A stretch of DNA of 63,996 nt, counting the filler, from Asterionella formosa (lineage: Eukaryota), in NCBI GenBank assembly GCA_002256025.1. It is 15 parts of 15 records of this genome, joined end to end, with 100 filler letters (N's around TTAATTAATTAA, not from the genome) between each part and the next. Parts side by side here need not be neighbours in the genome. Positions count along the whole stretch, not along the records: positions 1 to 22,378 come from NKIB01002763.1; 14 more parts are not named here. One strand, 5' to 3'. Below the pieces are notes generated by a model, which had not been told where the DNA came from, did no database searches, and saw only the letters and a list, made by a program, of their open reading frames with translations. Below are positions 1 to 13,641 of this stretch, one piece after another (the first letter of the stretch is position 1; every line of letters starts with the position of its first letter). A program made the translations under genes and the position numbers.

Positions 1-2422
1 GTTCCATTCCTTGTAGCACTTGGAACGTTTGCCATTCCAGATAACATGTGATATACTTTGGCACTATCGATAGCATGCAAATGTCAAGTTCCTGTCAAAA
101 AAACGTGACTGTAACTAACAGAACAACAAGGAAGCAGAAAGGGATAATGGTCTGTCAGCTATAGGATTAGACAGTGGGCAAGTGCTGGATCGGAAGCGAT
201 GCAGCACCGACATACTCAGTAATGGACATTAGATTGGTAGCGCAAAGCTGCAGTTTCATATTACCAGCTTAGTAATAGGTACAGTTTCACTGTAGCCACG
301 TCATGTTCCGACAGGGTATTGAGACAAGGGCAAGAAGGGAATGCTGGTAGGGCAAACTACAGTTTCACAGTACCAGCGTAGTAATAGGTACAGTTTCACA
401 GTACCGGGTTTTCTAATTCCTGTTAAGTCTTGTATATTTTATCTAATCATTCATACTGGTAGGGTATTGAATGTTCCTTCGAAAAAGTTACTAGACATAC
501 AGAGATGTATGTTATACACACTTTTTGAAGAAGAGGAAATGTTGAGATATTGATAAAAAGTTCATGTCGGTAGTGCATTCTATTCCACATAACAAACTGA
601 TGAGGGAATGGTGATAGAGAGCCTTCTACCGGTATCAAACCAACCGGTGAGAAGAGGTAAGTTATATGATTGTTTTGCTTCTCAACTGTGGCTAGTACTA
701 AGGGGCTTATGATCGGTACTGTGTGAGACCGGAAGCAAACTATAAATTTGTATCGCTGTTCGTGTGCGCTGCTACCACTCAAAGTTTCTACACTTCCTCA
801 GGACGAACGATAAAAATCAACTTAATTACGAGGTAAGAAACCGCACTTAATATGTTTGTGCACAATGCTGCAGAGGGTTTGTTGTGTCTGTGTCCAATAA
901 TTTGGATTTCGACATTAAAAACATCTTTGTCTTCCATATATGCAGATGTGAGGGTTAACAACGCTACCCTGTCACCCATCAATCAACAGTGAGAGCATAG
1001 GTAAGTTACTATACTCTTATTTGATGCTAGTTATGTCTATTAGAACGACTTGAAGTTACCATAACGATTGTTTATGTCATGTGTTAGTGGCACATGTGTG
1101 GCTGGAGATGCTTTAATTGTTGCAACACTTTTCTAACATTGATATTATCTCCTCAAAATCATACAGGAACCTTGGAGAATGTGGCTTGCTACCATTCTTA
1201 ATGGAATCAACAATCAACCATGAGAGCACAGGTAAGTTATTTGCACATTGCCTGCTCATACGGAAATTGGAGTGATGGATTCTTCATGTGATCGATTCGT
1301 TGCACATATCTACTTTTAGATGGCTGCCTTGCTTACTTGATGCAACAGTTTTGCTAACATTGTTGTTATTATCTCTTACAGGAAAGTCGTACAAGAACAT
1401 AGGACGAGAATGTGACTTGCTGTCATTTGCAATGGTAGAGGGTCGAATAAAGCATCATCAATTTCGTTTACTCTCTCATTTCATTTTGAAAAGTCAATGA
1501 TATAAACATAGCTACCGGAAGTCAAAATTAAGGTATTGAAGACCACTGTGTGCTCATTCTGATAGAAGATGCACAGTGAAAAGTATGGGTGACCAGAAGT
1601 AGAATATTTGAGTATTAAATAGCAATCCATTTAATTCGATTTGTGTTCATCATTGATCGAACATGATAATTGGTTTGATCAATGAGTGAAATTGCTTAGA
1701 TAGATCAGTAGTAATGAACGTTAGATAGAAAGCTAAAAATTCTATTTGATATTAGCATTTCAAAGGTTAGACCGAATGAATAACTGATTTGATCTCACAA
1801 TTAATATCTTTAGATCGAACACCAAAACGTTAGTTGATATCAATCATTTTTTTGTAGTATGATCAATCAGAATTTCTGTATGATCAATCAGTTTTTTTGT
1901 ATGATCAATCAAGAAATAATACGTCATACTGAGAATTTTTGGGGCAGTGGGTCTTACAGCAAAACTGTTAGGCCTAACGGATTTTTGTTTACAGACGTGA
2001 TAAAGATTATTACTTGCTGACAACAACTAGAACTTACTAATACGAATAGATTTTCTGAATGACCCTTATGCCTATGAAGTATATACATGACCAGACACAA
2101 CCATTACCCCTGTCTGATAGCCTTACCAATACTATGATGAACACGCATAAGAACGTTATATTTAAATACATAGTCACAGTCATTATCACGCTTGCTTGAT
2201 GAAACAGGAGCCTACTGTTATATTTGCAAAATCATGATACAAATCACATATCACCTAGTATGGTTGGGATATATGATATGCTCAGGGTAGCCAAAGTAGC
2301 CCTCGTAGATACTTGTATATGATTATTTATATCAGATCTTGTGATTTGTCTCTCTATATTAAACACTACTACAGTGTAGTCGTTGTGAGCAGCTGGAGAA
2401 TGCTGCATCATGACATCGCAGT

Positions 2423-2640
2423 CTTGACCATGACAAAAACAACAAATATGAAAAATGAGAATGACACTTTGCTATTTTTTACATGTATTTAGCACAACAT
2501 AGATAATACAATCGTAAAAGAATTATTTTAATACCACTAACACAATGGAATTCGCCGATAGCGCATTTTTAAAATGTAATTTGAAGATGCGCAATTCAGA
2601 ACGATGGTGCTATGAAGAGATCTGACACTTTCACAGTATG
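2423..2640 (+). repeat. Dispersed repeat family, copy 1 of 3 (others near 19141-19466 and 31631-31976)
   Basis: Shared colinear blocks in all three copies: TGACCATG, TACAATCRTAAA(A)GAATWATT, TGTAATTT...ATGYSCAA. Confidence 0.65.
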
Positions 2641-2759
2641 AAACACACTAGTACACTATGGTAATCTGTAGATCGAACCAAATCTTATTTGATTCTCTTT
2701 TTAAATAATATCAAGAAATAGTTCATTGGCTGAAAATTTCAAGATGACTCTTTGTTAAT

Positions 2760-4120
2760 GATTGCTGATCCAGTTGGTGACTACATACAACTAGAACTTG
2801 CTGAAAATGACCAGAGTGTGCTGACTACGAAAATAATTTGCTGACTGTGACTAGAAGTTACTGATTGGTGAACCGTATAATCGATCTCTCTTCTACTTGC
2901 TGAATAACACCATTACCAGGAACAAAATCCGGTAATCAGCACATTGCGCGCACTTTTAACTCAAGATTCCACGTAGCGGTTTCAACCTACTTCATTAGAA
3001 GTCTGACCAGCTCACCAATCCCAAAATGATAAAATATTTCGAAAATTTTCCATGCATATATACTACCTGTATCCGTTACAAAGTTTCAAACTGAAAAGCG
3101 CTGCCATTTTTCACAGCAGAATTGCTGACTACCAACTTCAACTTGCTGACTGCTAACTTATTGTTACTGAGCGACTTCTACCAACCTACTGGGTAGGAAG
3201 AAAACAACTATACACATCATGATTACTTTTCATATCTCATGAACTTTGAATCTAGTGGAATAAAAGTTATTATTTTATTTATGGATTAAAATGTCCATGC
3301 TGGGGGATGGATCTGTTTCTAATATTTATCTTGGCCATGCACAAAAAATGCATGGCCAAGTATCCTTGTTGAGGTCACAAGTCGCTCACAGTCGATGCAA
3401 CCTTGAATTTTTCATCACGCCATCTGTATCTCGAGCATTATGATGTGATCATGTTGGCAATTTCGAAAATCTTGCTCAAACATTACCTCGGTAAGATTCC
3501 GGTTTCGAACGCAATCATCACCATCTGTACACCGTCCTCAGCCATCCATTGGTGCTATAATACTTGGAGCGGCAGTGCTTGCCACTCATCGGTGTAAATC
3601 ATTACCATAGAAATGTCATATCTTCTTGTGGTAGATACTTCTACCCGAGGCCTCCTCAAATTCTTGCTCCACCTCGTCCAGAGATCACTTTGTCATGCAT
3701 TGCATCATATCCTCTCTTGTTTGAAAACTCGGACTCAAGTTATAACTGGGGGCGCCACACAAGAAAAGAAAAAAGCTGTTTTAATCGCCGTTTCTCTTGA
3801 GAAACGATGGAAATGCATCTTTTCGTAGTGGGATGCCTACTGAAGCATTCCCTACTATTATCGGGAGTAACACAGAGGTAATAAAAATTATGAAATGGTC
3901 ATCAATCAACTTCTTCATTTTGCTAAAGGTATGTACTATCTTAAATTCTATAAATAAATTATTGCTGACTTTAACTTGCTTACTACTGACTGCGGACTCC
4001 ATTTTGCTGACTTCTGACTTTTTTCACTGAAAATTTGAAAATCGCTGACTGCTGACTTCATTTGCTGATTACTGCATGAAATTGCTGACTGCGTGCTAAC
4101 TTCAACTTGCTGACTGCTGC
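2760..4120 (+). repeat. Region with many copies of a TTGCTGACT-like motif, probably subterminal repeats of a decayed DNA transposon
   Basis: More than a dozen (T)TGCTGA(CT) copies in 2761-3170 and 3961-4118; longer direct repeat AACTTCAACTTGCTGACTGCT near 3134 and 4098. Confidence 0.5.
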
Positions 4121-4125
4121 CTTAA

Positions 4126-6359
4126 GGGTGCTGCATTTTAAACCCTAAGCAAAAATTAAAATATTGCTTAGGCTTGCCAAAATTCCCTTGAATTCGTAAT
4201 TTTATTCATTATTTTTAAATGACGTGATTCCATTTGAAATATTTAAATCAGTGGAAATTTGCGAATACATACATTGATTCCTTTTTGAAATTGCTAAACA
4301 CACATAAAAAATAATTTACATCGATGTATGTATTTGTACCCTAAAATGCGATCAACTTACATGCATGGCCAACTCTGTACTCCCATTGAAATTTGTTGGA
4401 AACGAGATTTTAGGACCAAAAATTCCGGCACACAACTACTGGGCGCTTCTGATTTAAAAAAATTTATTGTATCATGTGTATTATAACACAAATCGTTGTT
4501 CCTAAAACCCCAAAATTTGTGTTTGCGTTGACCAAATTTGGTAAACCTGGTAGGCACCCCACACAAATTGTTTTAGTCATTAATAACAGTTCATTATATA
4601 AGAAGATGTTCAGGCATGAATGAATATATAGAATTTTGGGAAAATATTTCAAGACTTGCTTGCTCATACCCATAATGGCTTGCTCTCACCAAAAAAGATG
4701 TGGGTATACATATACACATCAATCATCCTAAAGGTATCATCAATCATCTGCTTCCAGTTTTGTTTTGATCATGTCTTCTTGCTCACAATCCACCTGCAAT
4801 AAAACCTTAGTGGTCGCAGCCACTATCAATTCTTGTGCAATGTCTGCACTGATTGATGACTATAGGGCGAAATGAAGAAACTGAGCACATTATATCATTC
4901 TATACAGTTTTTTGTTAGCTTTAATGTCAACACATCGTCAACACTGCCATAAACTAAAATATATTTGCTTTGCTTGTAAATGAAGATATTGTGTTCACTA
5001 CAGAACTTTGTTACTATAGCATCTTATTTTCCAGAGAAAACACAGTCCACTGAATTTTTCCGCTGGTACCTCAGCATCTCCATCTAGAAGCTGCAATACA
5101 TTTGGATTTTCTGCAAATTTCTCTTGCAGCTGTTGAAATTGATTTTCAATGTCATCAAGACTGGATTGATTTCGCCTCCGTCCCCATGGGAATTGATACG
5201 ATCTTGTCGTTGAAAGTCGGGAATAAGTTGGGTGTGCTGTCAATCGCTCTCGCCTTTGATGAAATTGATTTTTAATTTCATCGAAAACTTGATTGATTTT
5301 ACCTCCATCCCTATGGGAATTGATAAGAACTTGTCGTGGAAATTCGGGAATAGGTTGGGCTTGTCAATAGCATGGGCAAACAAACGATGCAAGTTTTTCT
5401 GACTGCCTTCGTTTAGGGGTGAAAAGTCGCTCTTGGAGAGCATCACTTCGTTGTGAAAGTTCTGTTGGCCTGATTTGACAAACAAAAGCTTGCTTCTTGA
5501 GAAAAGCTGAAATTTCTATGTCTCTGTCTCATGTTCTTAGTTCACTCATGGCATCAGCCCATCCTTGTCATCAGAAGATGAGATGTAAGCCGACATGCTG
5601 GTCAGTGACTGACACTGGTGAAATTGTGGAACTCATATGGACAATGAACAAGAGGCTGCATAACATGCAAGAGGATGCATGGCTATGAAACCATAGCTGC
5701 TATAAATTAAAGTTAAAATTATATAAAATGTCAGATGACTTATCTAAAATATCTTGATTATCAGAGCGCAACGACGTTATTATGTATCAAATCGCCAAAA
5801 TAATTTGTGTTATAATACACACATGATATAATAATTTTTAATTTCAGAGCACGCCCACTATTCCTCCAATAATGATCTTTTGGCTCATAGTAAATTTGAT
5901 TTCAATATATTGGTGACTGTAGAAAAGGCCAATTTTCTCGAATTTTTGGACAATGATAGCTCAACATTTGCTGGGATTTAGATACATAGTTAACTTTCAA
6001 ATAGCATCAGTATATAATTTCTGGTGAAAAACTGCAGAAGGGAACATCTGTTTTTTACATATGATACCAACAAAACAGATTTCCCCCTGATTTTCGAGTC
6101 TTTCTAGCCTAAATTAAAAAACCGAAGTTCATTTCTGCAGTCTCTAGCCAGATCCTATACATATTGATGATATATAGAGTTGACTAACATCCCTACTTTG
6201 TCCAAAGACTGTATGGAAGCTATTGAAAGGGTTTCTAATGGTGAAAGCTCCGTTGAGCGTTATACATATTTATTTTTCTTCTGAAAACTACGAGTTTGAT
6301 AAGTCTGACCCAATATTTTTTTAAACCTACCTCGAGCTAGGGGTTCAAATGCAGCAACC
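4126..6359. mobile_element. Non-autonomous DNA transposon with TTAA target duplication and GG...CC termini (Kolobok-like)
   Basis: Left end TTAA|GGGTGCTGCATTTTAAACCCTA (TTAA 4122-4125). Right end TAGGGGTTCAAATGCAGCAACC|TTAA (TTAA 6360-6363). Imperfect TIR of about 22 bp; no intact ORF inside. Confidence 0.7.
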
Positions 6360-6794
6360 TTAAAGTTTAGCTTGACGATATAATTACCTACATCATATTA
6401 TTTAAACAAAAAGGGAGTGTTGCAAAATTGCTTTACATAGGAGTCCGACAATTTTTGGGGGTGCACCCCTTTTTTCGCATGATGTGACTCTACATATTCA
6501 TATCGGTATGTAGCCAGAAAACGAGTAACCTGCGCGCTATGTGCGCTATTACCGGACCTTCCAGCAGAAGTAAATACGTATTGTAGGTGAACACAATTTC
6601 GATGATCAGAACACGACTTGGATTTAATGAATGATGTTGCAACATCAAAGAAAGTTGGGATGGAAAGCCAGCCTATCTCGTATACCAGTACTGTAGTAGT
6701 CATGGGACGAATGATTGGGAGTGAGTCGAAACTGAAAAGGTGCACATGAGCAAAACGTGCGCCACCGTGCCTGCTAGGAGGAGTAGGATGTACA

Positions 6795-7050
6795 AGGTAC
6801 ATACCAGGAACCAGGTGCCCCTGGTACCTGGTACTGTGGCGGCGAGGTTAAAAAATGGAGTGCGGTACCAGGTACTGAAGACGAAAGCAAGACGGCAAGG
6901 AAAGCAACGAAAAACCAACGGCTCGATCCTTCTTTATGTAGCAGCGGCCATGCAACAACTGCCGGTCGTATGTTCCTACTGCGAATAATTCATGGTGTGT
7001 AGTGTGTAATACAAAGATTTGAGTACCTGCCTGGTAATAGCTACCGGTAA
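6795..7050. promoter_or_regulatory. GGTACC/CCWGG motif cluster upstream of the gene at 7139
   Basis: CCTGGTACCTGGTAC, GGTACCAGGTAC and TACCGGTA occur 90-340 bp upstream of the ATG; function is inferred from position only. Confidence 0.4.
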
Positions 7051-7138
7051 TGGACAAAAAATAAAAACTTTCACCTCATAGCATTGCCAAACAATTAGTG
7101 TCCCCATTTCCTCTTGTGTTTTTTTGGTGAACATCAAT

Positions 7139-8589
7139 ATGTCTGACAAGTCCGCCCGTGAGGCAGAGCTTGAAGCTCTTAGAAACGCAAAGGCGGCGAC
7201 AAATCAGGTGCAAAAACTTGGTAAGACGAAGTATCTGGCTTCATGTCGAACAGTTCAAGCCTTCCGATTCGTGTGTATTCTCGACTTGAGTATGGGGACT
7301 CCGCCTGTCTCGTGCTAACCCTGTGTGTGCTTTCTACTGAATGCGCAGGAGAGAACGCAGTCATGCCAGTCAATATGATTGACTGGGAAGCTCAACAGAA
7401 GGCTAGAAAGGAAGAGGAAAGGATGAAGAAAGCAGAAGCGGCATTGTCGTTGCACACCTTTCGTGGTACTGGTTCGTCCGAGATTGAAAGCAATCTCGCT
7501 AATTTGAAAAAGGAGGATCGACAAAAGTATCTAGACGCAGAAAATACTCGCCATAACTACCGTGCCAATATGGATATTGTCGGAAAGGGGATGAAGAAGT
7601 CGGCAATCCCTAAGGCGGATCAACTAACCGAGCCCGCCCAACTTGGCGCCGAGGAGAATATTACTGATGCATTAGTGTCAGAACTAGCAGATGGATTTAG
7701 CAAGACTAGAAAAGATGATGAAATCATTGCTGGAACTGCGCCTAATATGAATTTCAAGAGGGTTGACGACACTAATCTTAAACCAGAATCCTCAGCATGG
7801 TCAATGAACGTGAGTTCTCAAGACGCGGAAGTCGTTTCTGGAACTGCACTGTACATGAATGCCGAAGGCACGGAAGAATGCAGTCGGGACACTGGAAATT
7901 CACTCGCAGTTTCGGATCCATTCTCCGAACTAATGGAGTCAAATGTCATCGTTGAACCAGTTGCCTCCAAACAAGATGTTTCAAGTCCTGATGATGGGGT
8001 GTTTGTTGAAAATCCAGGTGAAAACATGATTGATGCACTAGAAGAATCCATGGAAGACGCGGAACCAGCACTGACAGATGATTGGGTTGATGTAGAACCC
8101 CCCTGGGTTTCGCAACCAGCGCCACCAGGCGGTGAAGACGAATGGAGCACCATGACCACAAAACATAGCAACACACTGACGGGCAATATTGCGGCCCCAG
8201 TTCGTCCTGTTCGTTTGGATGTAGATTTCTACTTTGTCTTGTTGACGAAATCACCTAGCCCTGAAGTGCTTCGATACATGGTTGGTATCACTCGTGTGGT
8301 TGGAGCGCTGCTACAAAACGGAATGACGATGGGTACATCTGGCATTGTTTCGCTACAGCGTCCTTTCGCCCCTTATGTCAGAAATGTTGAAATCGACGAA
8401 GCGTATGTTGATTCGCAAGGAAAACAAGATGTGCACAAGCTTGTTATTCATGCATCGCTACCTGTCTTTCTTGCCCATTCGACTGGTGGAGGTGCTGACG
8501 CTCGACATGGTGTTTTGCAGTTGCTGCGACAGGTCATTAAGAACGGATCATTGCTAGCAGCTGCAACGACCGACAGTTCCCCGGTATAG
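7139..8589 (+). CDS. Hypothetical protein, 2 exons: join(7139..7220,7349..8589)
   Basis: ATG at 7139 (MSDKSAREAELE...). GTAAG donor at 7221 and CAG acceptor at 7348 join in phase 1 into the long ORF. Coiled-coil-like N-terminus, acidic middle. Confidence 0.75.
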
Positions 8590-8697
8590 TATGTTTTGGG
8601 GCTTCAGGTGTACTAAGACATTTCATAGTAGATAACGAAAAGACTTAAACATCGACGTTTCTGAACTATTATTTCGATCGTTTGCACTCTAGCCACA

Positions 8698-9960
8698 TCA
8701 CGCCGACGCGATCCCAACAAGTTTTTCACTGAGGGCCCATAGTCGCTTGGCCTTTTCATCATCTCTTGCTTCAATGCTGGGAGTTACTATATTGAACTGG
8801 TACCCGAAGGCAGCATTCCCATACTTGGAAGATCCTGGAGGCGATGAGTAGTAAAGTCCCAATGAGTCCACGGTCGTCATATAAGCAAGACAATCCCCGC
8901 CCCATTGAGGTGTTTCGCCAACCTTAAACACGTCGCTTGCAGCAACATCAAATAGCTTTGTAAAGAGTGGGTTCTGGTCTCGGAACAAGCCAGTGCTTAC
9001 AATAAGCCCTGGATTAAAGCAGTTGACTGCAATGCCCTTGGTATCAGCAGAGGAACTCAGTCTCTTCTGTAATTCCCGAGCGAAAATGACATTACAGAGC
9101 TTGCTGTCCTTGTATGCCTTATCAGCGTTGAATGGTTGTCCGTCAACCATTTCAAAGTTCGCTCCATCGCGTTCCAATCCCTCCAAGTTTCCGAGAGTGG
9201 CGGTCTTTCCTTGGGCCCCACCTGGACTGTCGGGGTCGTGCACACCACTAGCTGTAACCACTATCCGACCAAAAGGCTGCATCATGGGAAGCAACTGATG
9301 GTGCAAGAAAAAGTGCCCCAAGTGGTTCGTACCGACTGTAAGTTCGAACCCGTCTTTTGTTCTCACGATTTCCTTTGCCCCAGCATCTCTAGCTAGGCCA
9401 GCATTAAGGCAAACGGTATCTAGTTTTGTCCCACTGCCAATCAAAGATGGAAGGGCCTTGGTGAACGCTGCAATCGACGCAAGGTCAGCGAGGTTGCACT
9501 CTGCAGGAATCAATTTGGCGTCAGCAACTAGGGATTCCAAGCTCTTGACGGCAGAAATGGATTTTTCCAAAGTTCTACATGGAATCACCAAGGTGTGACC
9601 TTCCTTGGCAAGCCTCAGGGCCGCTTGAAAGCCGATTCCTGAATTGCCTCCTGTCAAAAGGATCGTCTTGCTTGGCATTTTCGCATCAGCAGGGAGTATC
9701 GTTCCCAGAATTGCCGCAGTGAGAGCTTTTCCAGAGAATTCAAAAATTTCCCTTCGCGACACTGTTGGCTCGTCTGACTCATTCGCTGACTCTGAGCCCT
9801 TGATCAGGATGGGTCTTGTCCGGATATGAGTTCTGCGACGAGGCCTCGATCCTGAAAACGCCTCCGTATAACCCCAAACAAGGGCTGATAGGGCGATCAG
9901 TGCAAAGCATTTTCCAATCAATTGGAATCGCGGAGGGTGAGAACTCTTTGTATAGTACAT
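8698..9960 (-). CDS. Protochlorophyllide reductase (LPOR)-like short-chain dehydrogenase/reductase, plastid-targeted
   Basis: TGGNSGIG nucleotide-binding motif, DGFELTVGTNHLGHF, catalytic YKDSK and TGLFR. N-terminal signal peptide ending TEA-F. Confidence 0.85.
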   Translation of the reverse strand: MYYTKSSHPPRFQLIGKCFALIALSALVWGYTEAFSGSRPRRRTHIRTRPILIKGSESANESDEPTVSRREIFEFSGKALTAAILGTILPADAKMPSKTILLTGGNSGIGFQAALRLAKEGHTLVIPCRTLEKSISAVKSLESLVADAKLIPAECNLADLASIAAFTKALPSLIGSGTKLDTVCLNAGLARDAGAKEIVRTKDGFELTVGTNHLGHFFLHHQLLPMMQPFGRIVVTASGVHDPDSPGGAQGKTATLGNLEGLERDGANFEMVDGQPFNADKAYKDSKLCNVIFARELQKRLSSSADTKGIAVNCFNPGLIVSTGLFRDQNPLFTKLFDVAASDVFKVGETPQWGGDCLAYMTTVDSLGLYYSSPPGSSKYGNAAFGYQFNIVTPSIEARDDEKAKRLWALSEKLVGIASA

Positions 9961-11399
9961 ACGGATGATGATGCCGAGAGTTGGGTGGATCTTTACTTTT
10001 GGCTCGCGAGCATTTTATGAAAACAAGACAAAAAGCATCCTCAATTCTTTACCGGAATGAACGAAAGTACTACAAAAGGCAGTAATAATCAATGGGCGCG
10101 CTCTTAAAATAAAAATATATCAAATCATCATGTGTGATGTACAATTACGGGTACGGGTACGGGTACGGGTATTACAGTACCGGTATAGTAACTCAAATTA
10201 TTTTGATGATTTGCTTGATACTCCGGAGTACGTAATATCGTCGTGGCGCTCTGATGATTTGAAATATTTTAGATTACTTACCATGACATCAAATATATTT
10301 TAAACTGTAATTTATAACAGTTTAATCGTCATAGCGGTGCATCCTGTAGTGTGAAATGACTCTTCTTGTTCATTTTTTTATATATAATTACCATTGATGT
10401 GACACTCTGTATAATTTTTCCTTCCAAATTCACACATCATTATTATTTTCTCTTTGACTTCAGACATGACAATTCACCTAGAAAGGCTTCATTTTGAATA
10501 AAATGGGTAACAGAATGCACCTCAACAGTATTTCTAGGCAGACATTATTCAAACGTTGTACCTTGATGCATGTCCATGCACCAGCTTTTTGACTTACCGG
10601 TAAAGTCAATATTTTGCATACCTTCTTTGGCAAGAGCAAGCCATTTTGGGTTTGAGACGGCAAGTCTTAAAATTTCCAGGAATTTCTATGTTATCTTTCA
10701 TGACAGAACATATTTTTATACTTTTCACTGTTATTTATAACTGTAAAAAATTTGGTCAACACAAAGTACATGGCTTTCCACGGTTCAACCGGTATCCATA
10801 GTGCTCCATGCACGAACATGTAACTTAAGGTTGCAGCCCTGCAGTTACATATTGCAAGGTCTGTATTTCGCCGCAATATTAATACGATGTACCTCAATCA
10901 ACAAATTACATACTACTACTAAATAAAATAGTTAAAGGTAAAATTAGCTTTCACCAACAAGACAACTTTGCATAAACTTAGATACAGTCGTCATCGCTCG
11001 ACTTAAGGGTAGTTTCTATATTCAGATATGGTAAGGACCTCATTTCTGGAGAGAAAATACAGTTTTGTATAGTAGATACGTAACTTTGATCCCAAAAATA
11101 GTCAAAAAAGGGACTATAGCTGGGTGCATCAGCAAAGTACATCGAGTAGCCGCCTGTACATTGTAGTTTTTTAGAAATTTTGGTGTCACCAAATATTGGT
11201 TTTGCATACATAAAAGAAAAGTCATCATATTAGATGGTGTTTATGTTTTCATTAGAATATTTACTGCTTCATCATAAAATGTTGCTATTTAATCATCGTC
11301 GTCGATGCTTATTACAAACATAAAATTGAAGTCCGTTGCGCAACGATGAATTCTGAACTTGCTAGTCAACTTTTGAACTGCAGCAGGTCCATGTGTGTC

Positions 11400-11880
11400 G
11401 CTTTGTGGCTGAGTGTATTGTGTTGACTTGACTACCATCAATTTCATGGTAAGCAATCAAATATTGTTGCGCTCGTTTTGCAAATTTTCTTATTCGCATC
11501 AATGTTATCACATCGACCAACAAATTTTTTAAACTGCTTCTGTAAATTTGTCTTTCCCTTTTTTCTTACGGGGATATAATTCGATAGTGGTTATTGGAGG
11601 AGCATTGTTCCCACATGCACTCTACTTCTTCGCCTGCAAGTTCTGCATGGTATTTTTGAGTTAGAATAACTTCCACTCCAACCTTTCGTCCAATGCATTC
11701 CATCATACCTTGCTCAAGAAGGAAGTCAGAGCACCTGGTCATCATGTGTCTTGTACTTGTAGAATTGTCAAGGATTCCGAAGTCGTCATTCTTTCCAGTA
11801 AGTTTGTATTTTTTAATGCTCGTTTCATCAATGAATCCTCTCTCCCATAACACCTGTAACACACCCTTCGATTAACCCAC
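11400..11880 (-). pseudogene. Degraded DDE transposase fragment (IS630/Tc1-mariner-like)
   Basis: QVLWERGFID and ILTQKYHAELAGEEVECMW resemble the PK(F/Y)H.EL...E..W catalytic region; the frame is broken on both sides. Confidence 0.6.
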
Positions 11881-13641
11881 CCGACCTTCTTCATTTCTTT
11901 CAATTAATTTTTTTTGTGTCAATGGCATTGAATGTAAATAGTTCGACTAACTCTCTTGTGTTTTTCCTTTGTGTTCACTCCTATGCTTAGCAGGTCCATT
12001 GTCAATGACAACCCATTTCAGTCGACATTTTTTGGTCCCCATAATTCGATTTGCATCAAATATTTCAATTTTCAATAAAAATTTTGATTTGCTAGTTTAT
12101 TCGATCATCATGAAAAAGGCCAACTATTCGAACAGAAAGCAGAAGTCGCTCAGTTTGAGTCCACTGTCGGTTCAACTCGAAAACTATGATGATTTGTATC
12201 GACTTGTATGAACCGGGACCGGCACTGCATTGTGTTTTGAGTTATTGGATAAAATCTATCATAATGACCAAGAAGAAAGCATATGGAAGCAAAGCGAAAT
12301 TGATTTGGGGTTTGCTGAAAGATTCTGTAAAACATCAATTCTATGGAGCTGTGAGTCGAGATTTTTTCGAAGAAGTGTTGTCACATAATGAAAAATAATA
12401 ATTCAAACAATGAAAGAATTTCGATTTGGATCCACTGAGCATTCAAGAACTGAAAACAAACTGTTCCGTCAGGTTTGTGTTGACTAATTCAAAAAAGGCA
12501 TATGCACCACTTGTTTTTGGGGAATAATCTATCATTAGTATATGATGATGAATGGAAAGCGAAAATTGATTTGGGTTCGCTCAGATTTGAACGAAAAACT
12601 CAATTCGATTTGCATCTACTAGATCGAAAACTGCTTTGAAGTGTTGGATAATCTAGTAAGTTGATAGGATGAAGGCCAATGATTCATATTGAAAATGAGA
12701 CTTTGATGTCAGTTTGCTGAGAGTTCAACTCAATCAAACAATTCTTTTTATATCAAATCATTCAAAAAAGTAAAAATATACTGTTTCAATTAATAGTCGC
12801 CAAGAGGATGATTAAAGGGAGCAGCCATCAAGTCATGCAGCAATGAAATAATGGAACAATGACATGACAATGCGTACCAGTAAGTGTGTTGATCGTGATG
12901 CATGTTTCAACATTCTTTCAAACGCGCTTGAAACTCACGAAAAATTTATCCTTGTACGCAACACAGGATTCCATAAATTAATTTAGATCTAGTACCAGGG
13001 GCCGGGAGAATGCCGTGAAGGTGATCTAGNNNNNNNNNNNNNNNNNNNNNNNNNNNNNNNNNNNNNNNNNNNNNNNNNNNNNNNNNNNNNNNNNNNNNNN
13101 NNNNNNNNNNNNNNNNNNNNNNNNNNNNNNNNNNNNNNNNNNNNNNNNNNNNNNNNNNNNNNNNNNNNNNNNNNNNNNNNNNNNNNNNNNNNNNNNNNNN
13201 NNNNNNNNNNNNNNNNNNNNNNNNNNNNNNNNNNNNNNNNNNNNNNNNNNNNNNNNNNNNNNNNNNNNNNNNNNNNNNNNNNNNNNNNNNNNNNNNNNNN
13301 NNNNNNNNNNNNNNNNNNNNNNNNNNNNNNNNNNNNNNNNNNNNNNNNNNNNNNNNNNNNNNNNNNNNNNNNNNNNNNNNNNNNNTTTTATCGTTTGTCA
13401 GATTCGTTCATTGGGGCATCAGCAGCAAAACACGCGACCTAGAAGTTTCCGAGTCCAACCACAAACGAAGCATTGACAACTGAGATTGCTGAGAGCAATT
13501 AAGGATAAAGCTGCTCTCGTCGACTTGGGGATTCAAAACGTTCAAAGATTCACGGACCGGAAGTGTGGGCTGCTATAAGCAAACAAAAGAAGGATCGTTT
13601 GCACTTCGGAACGTGGGTCCTCGCAGAATCTCACTATCACG

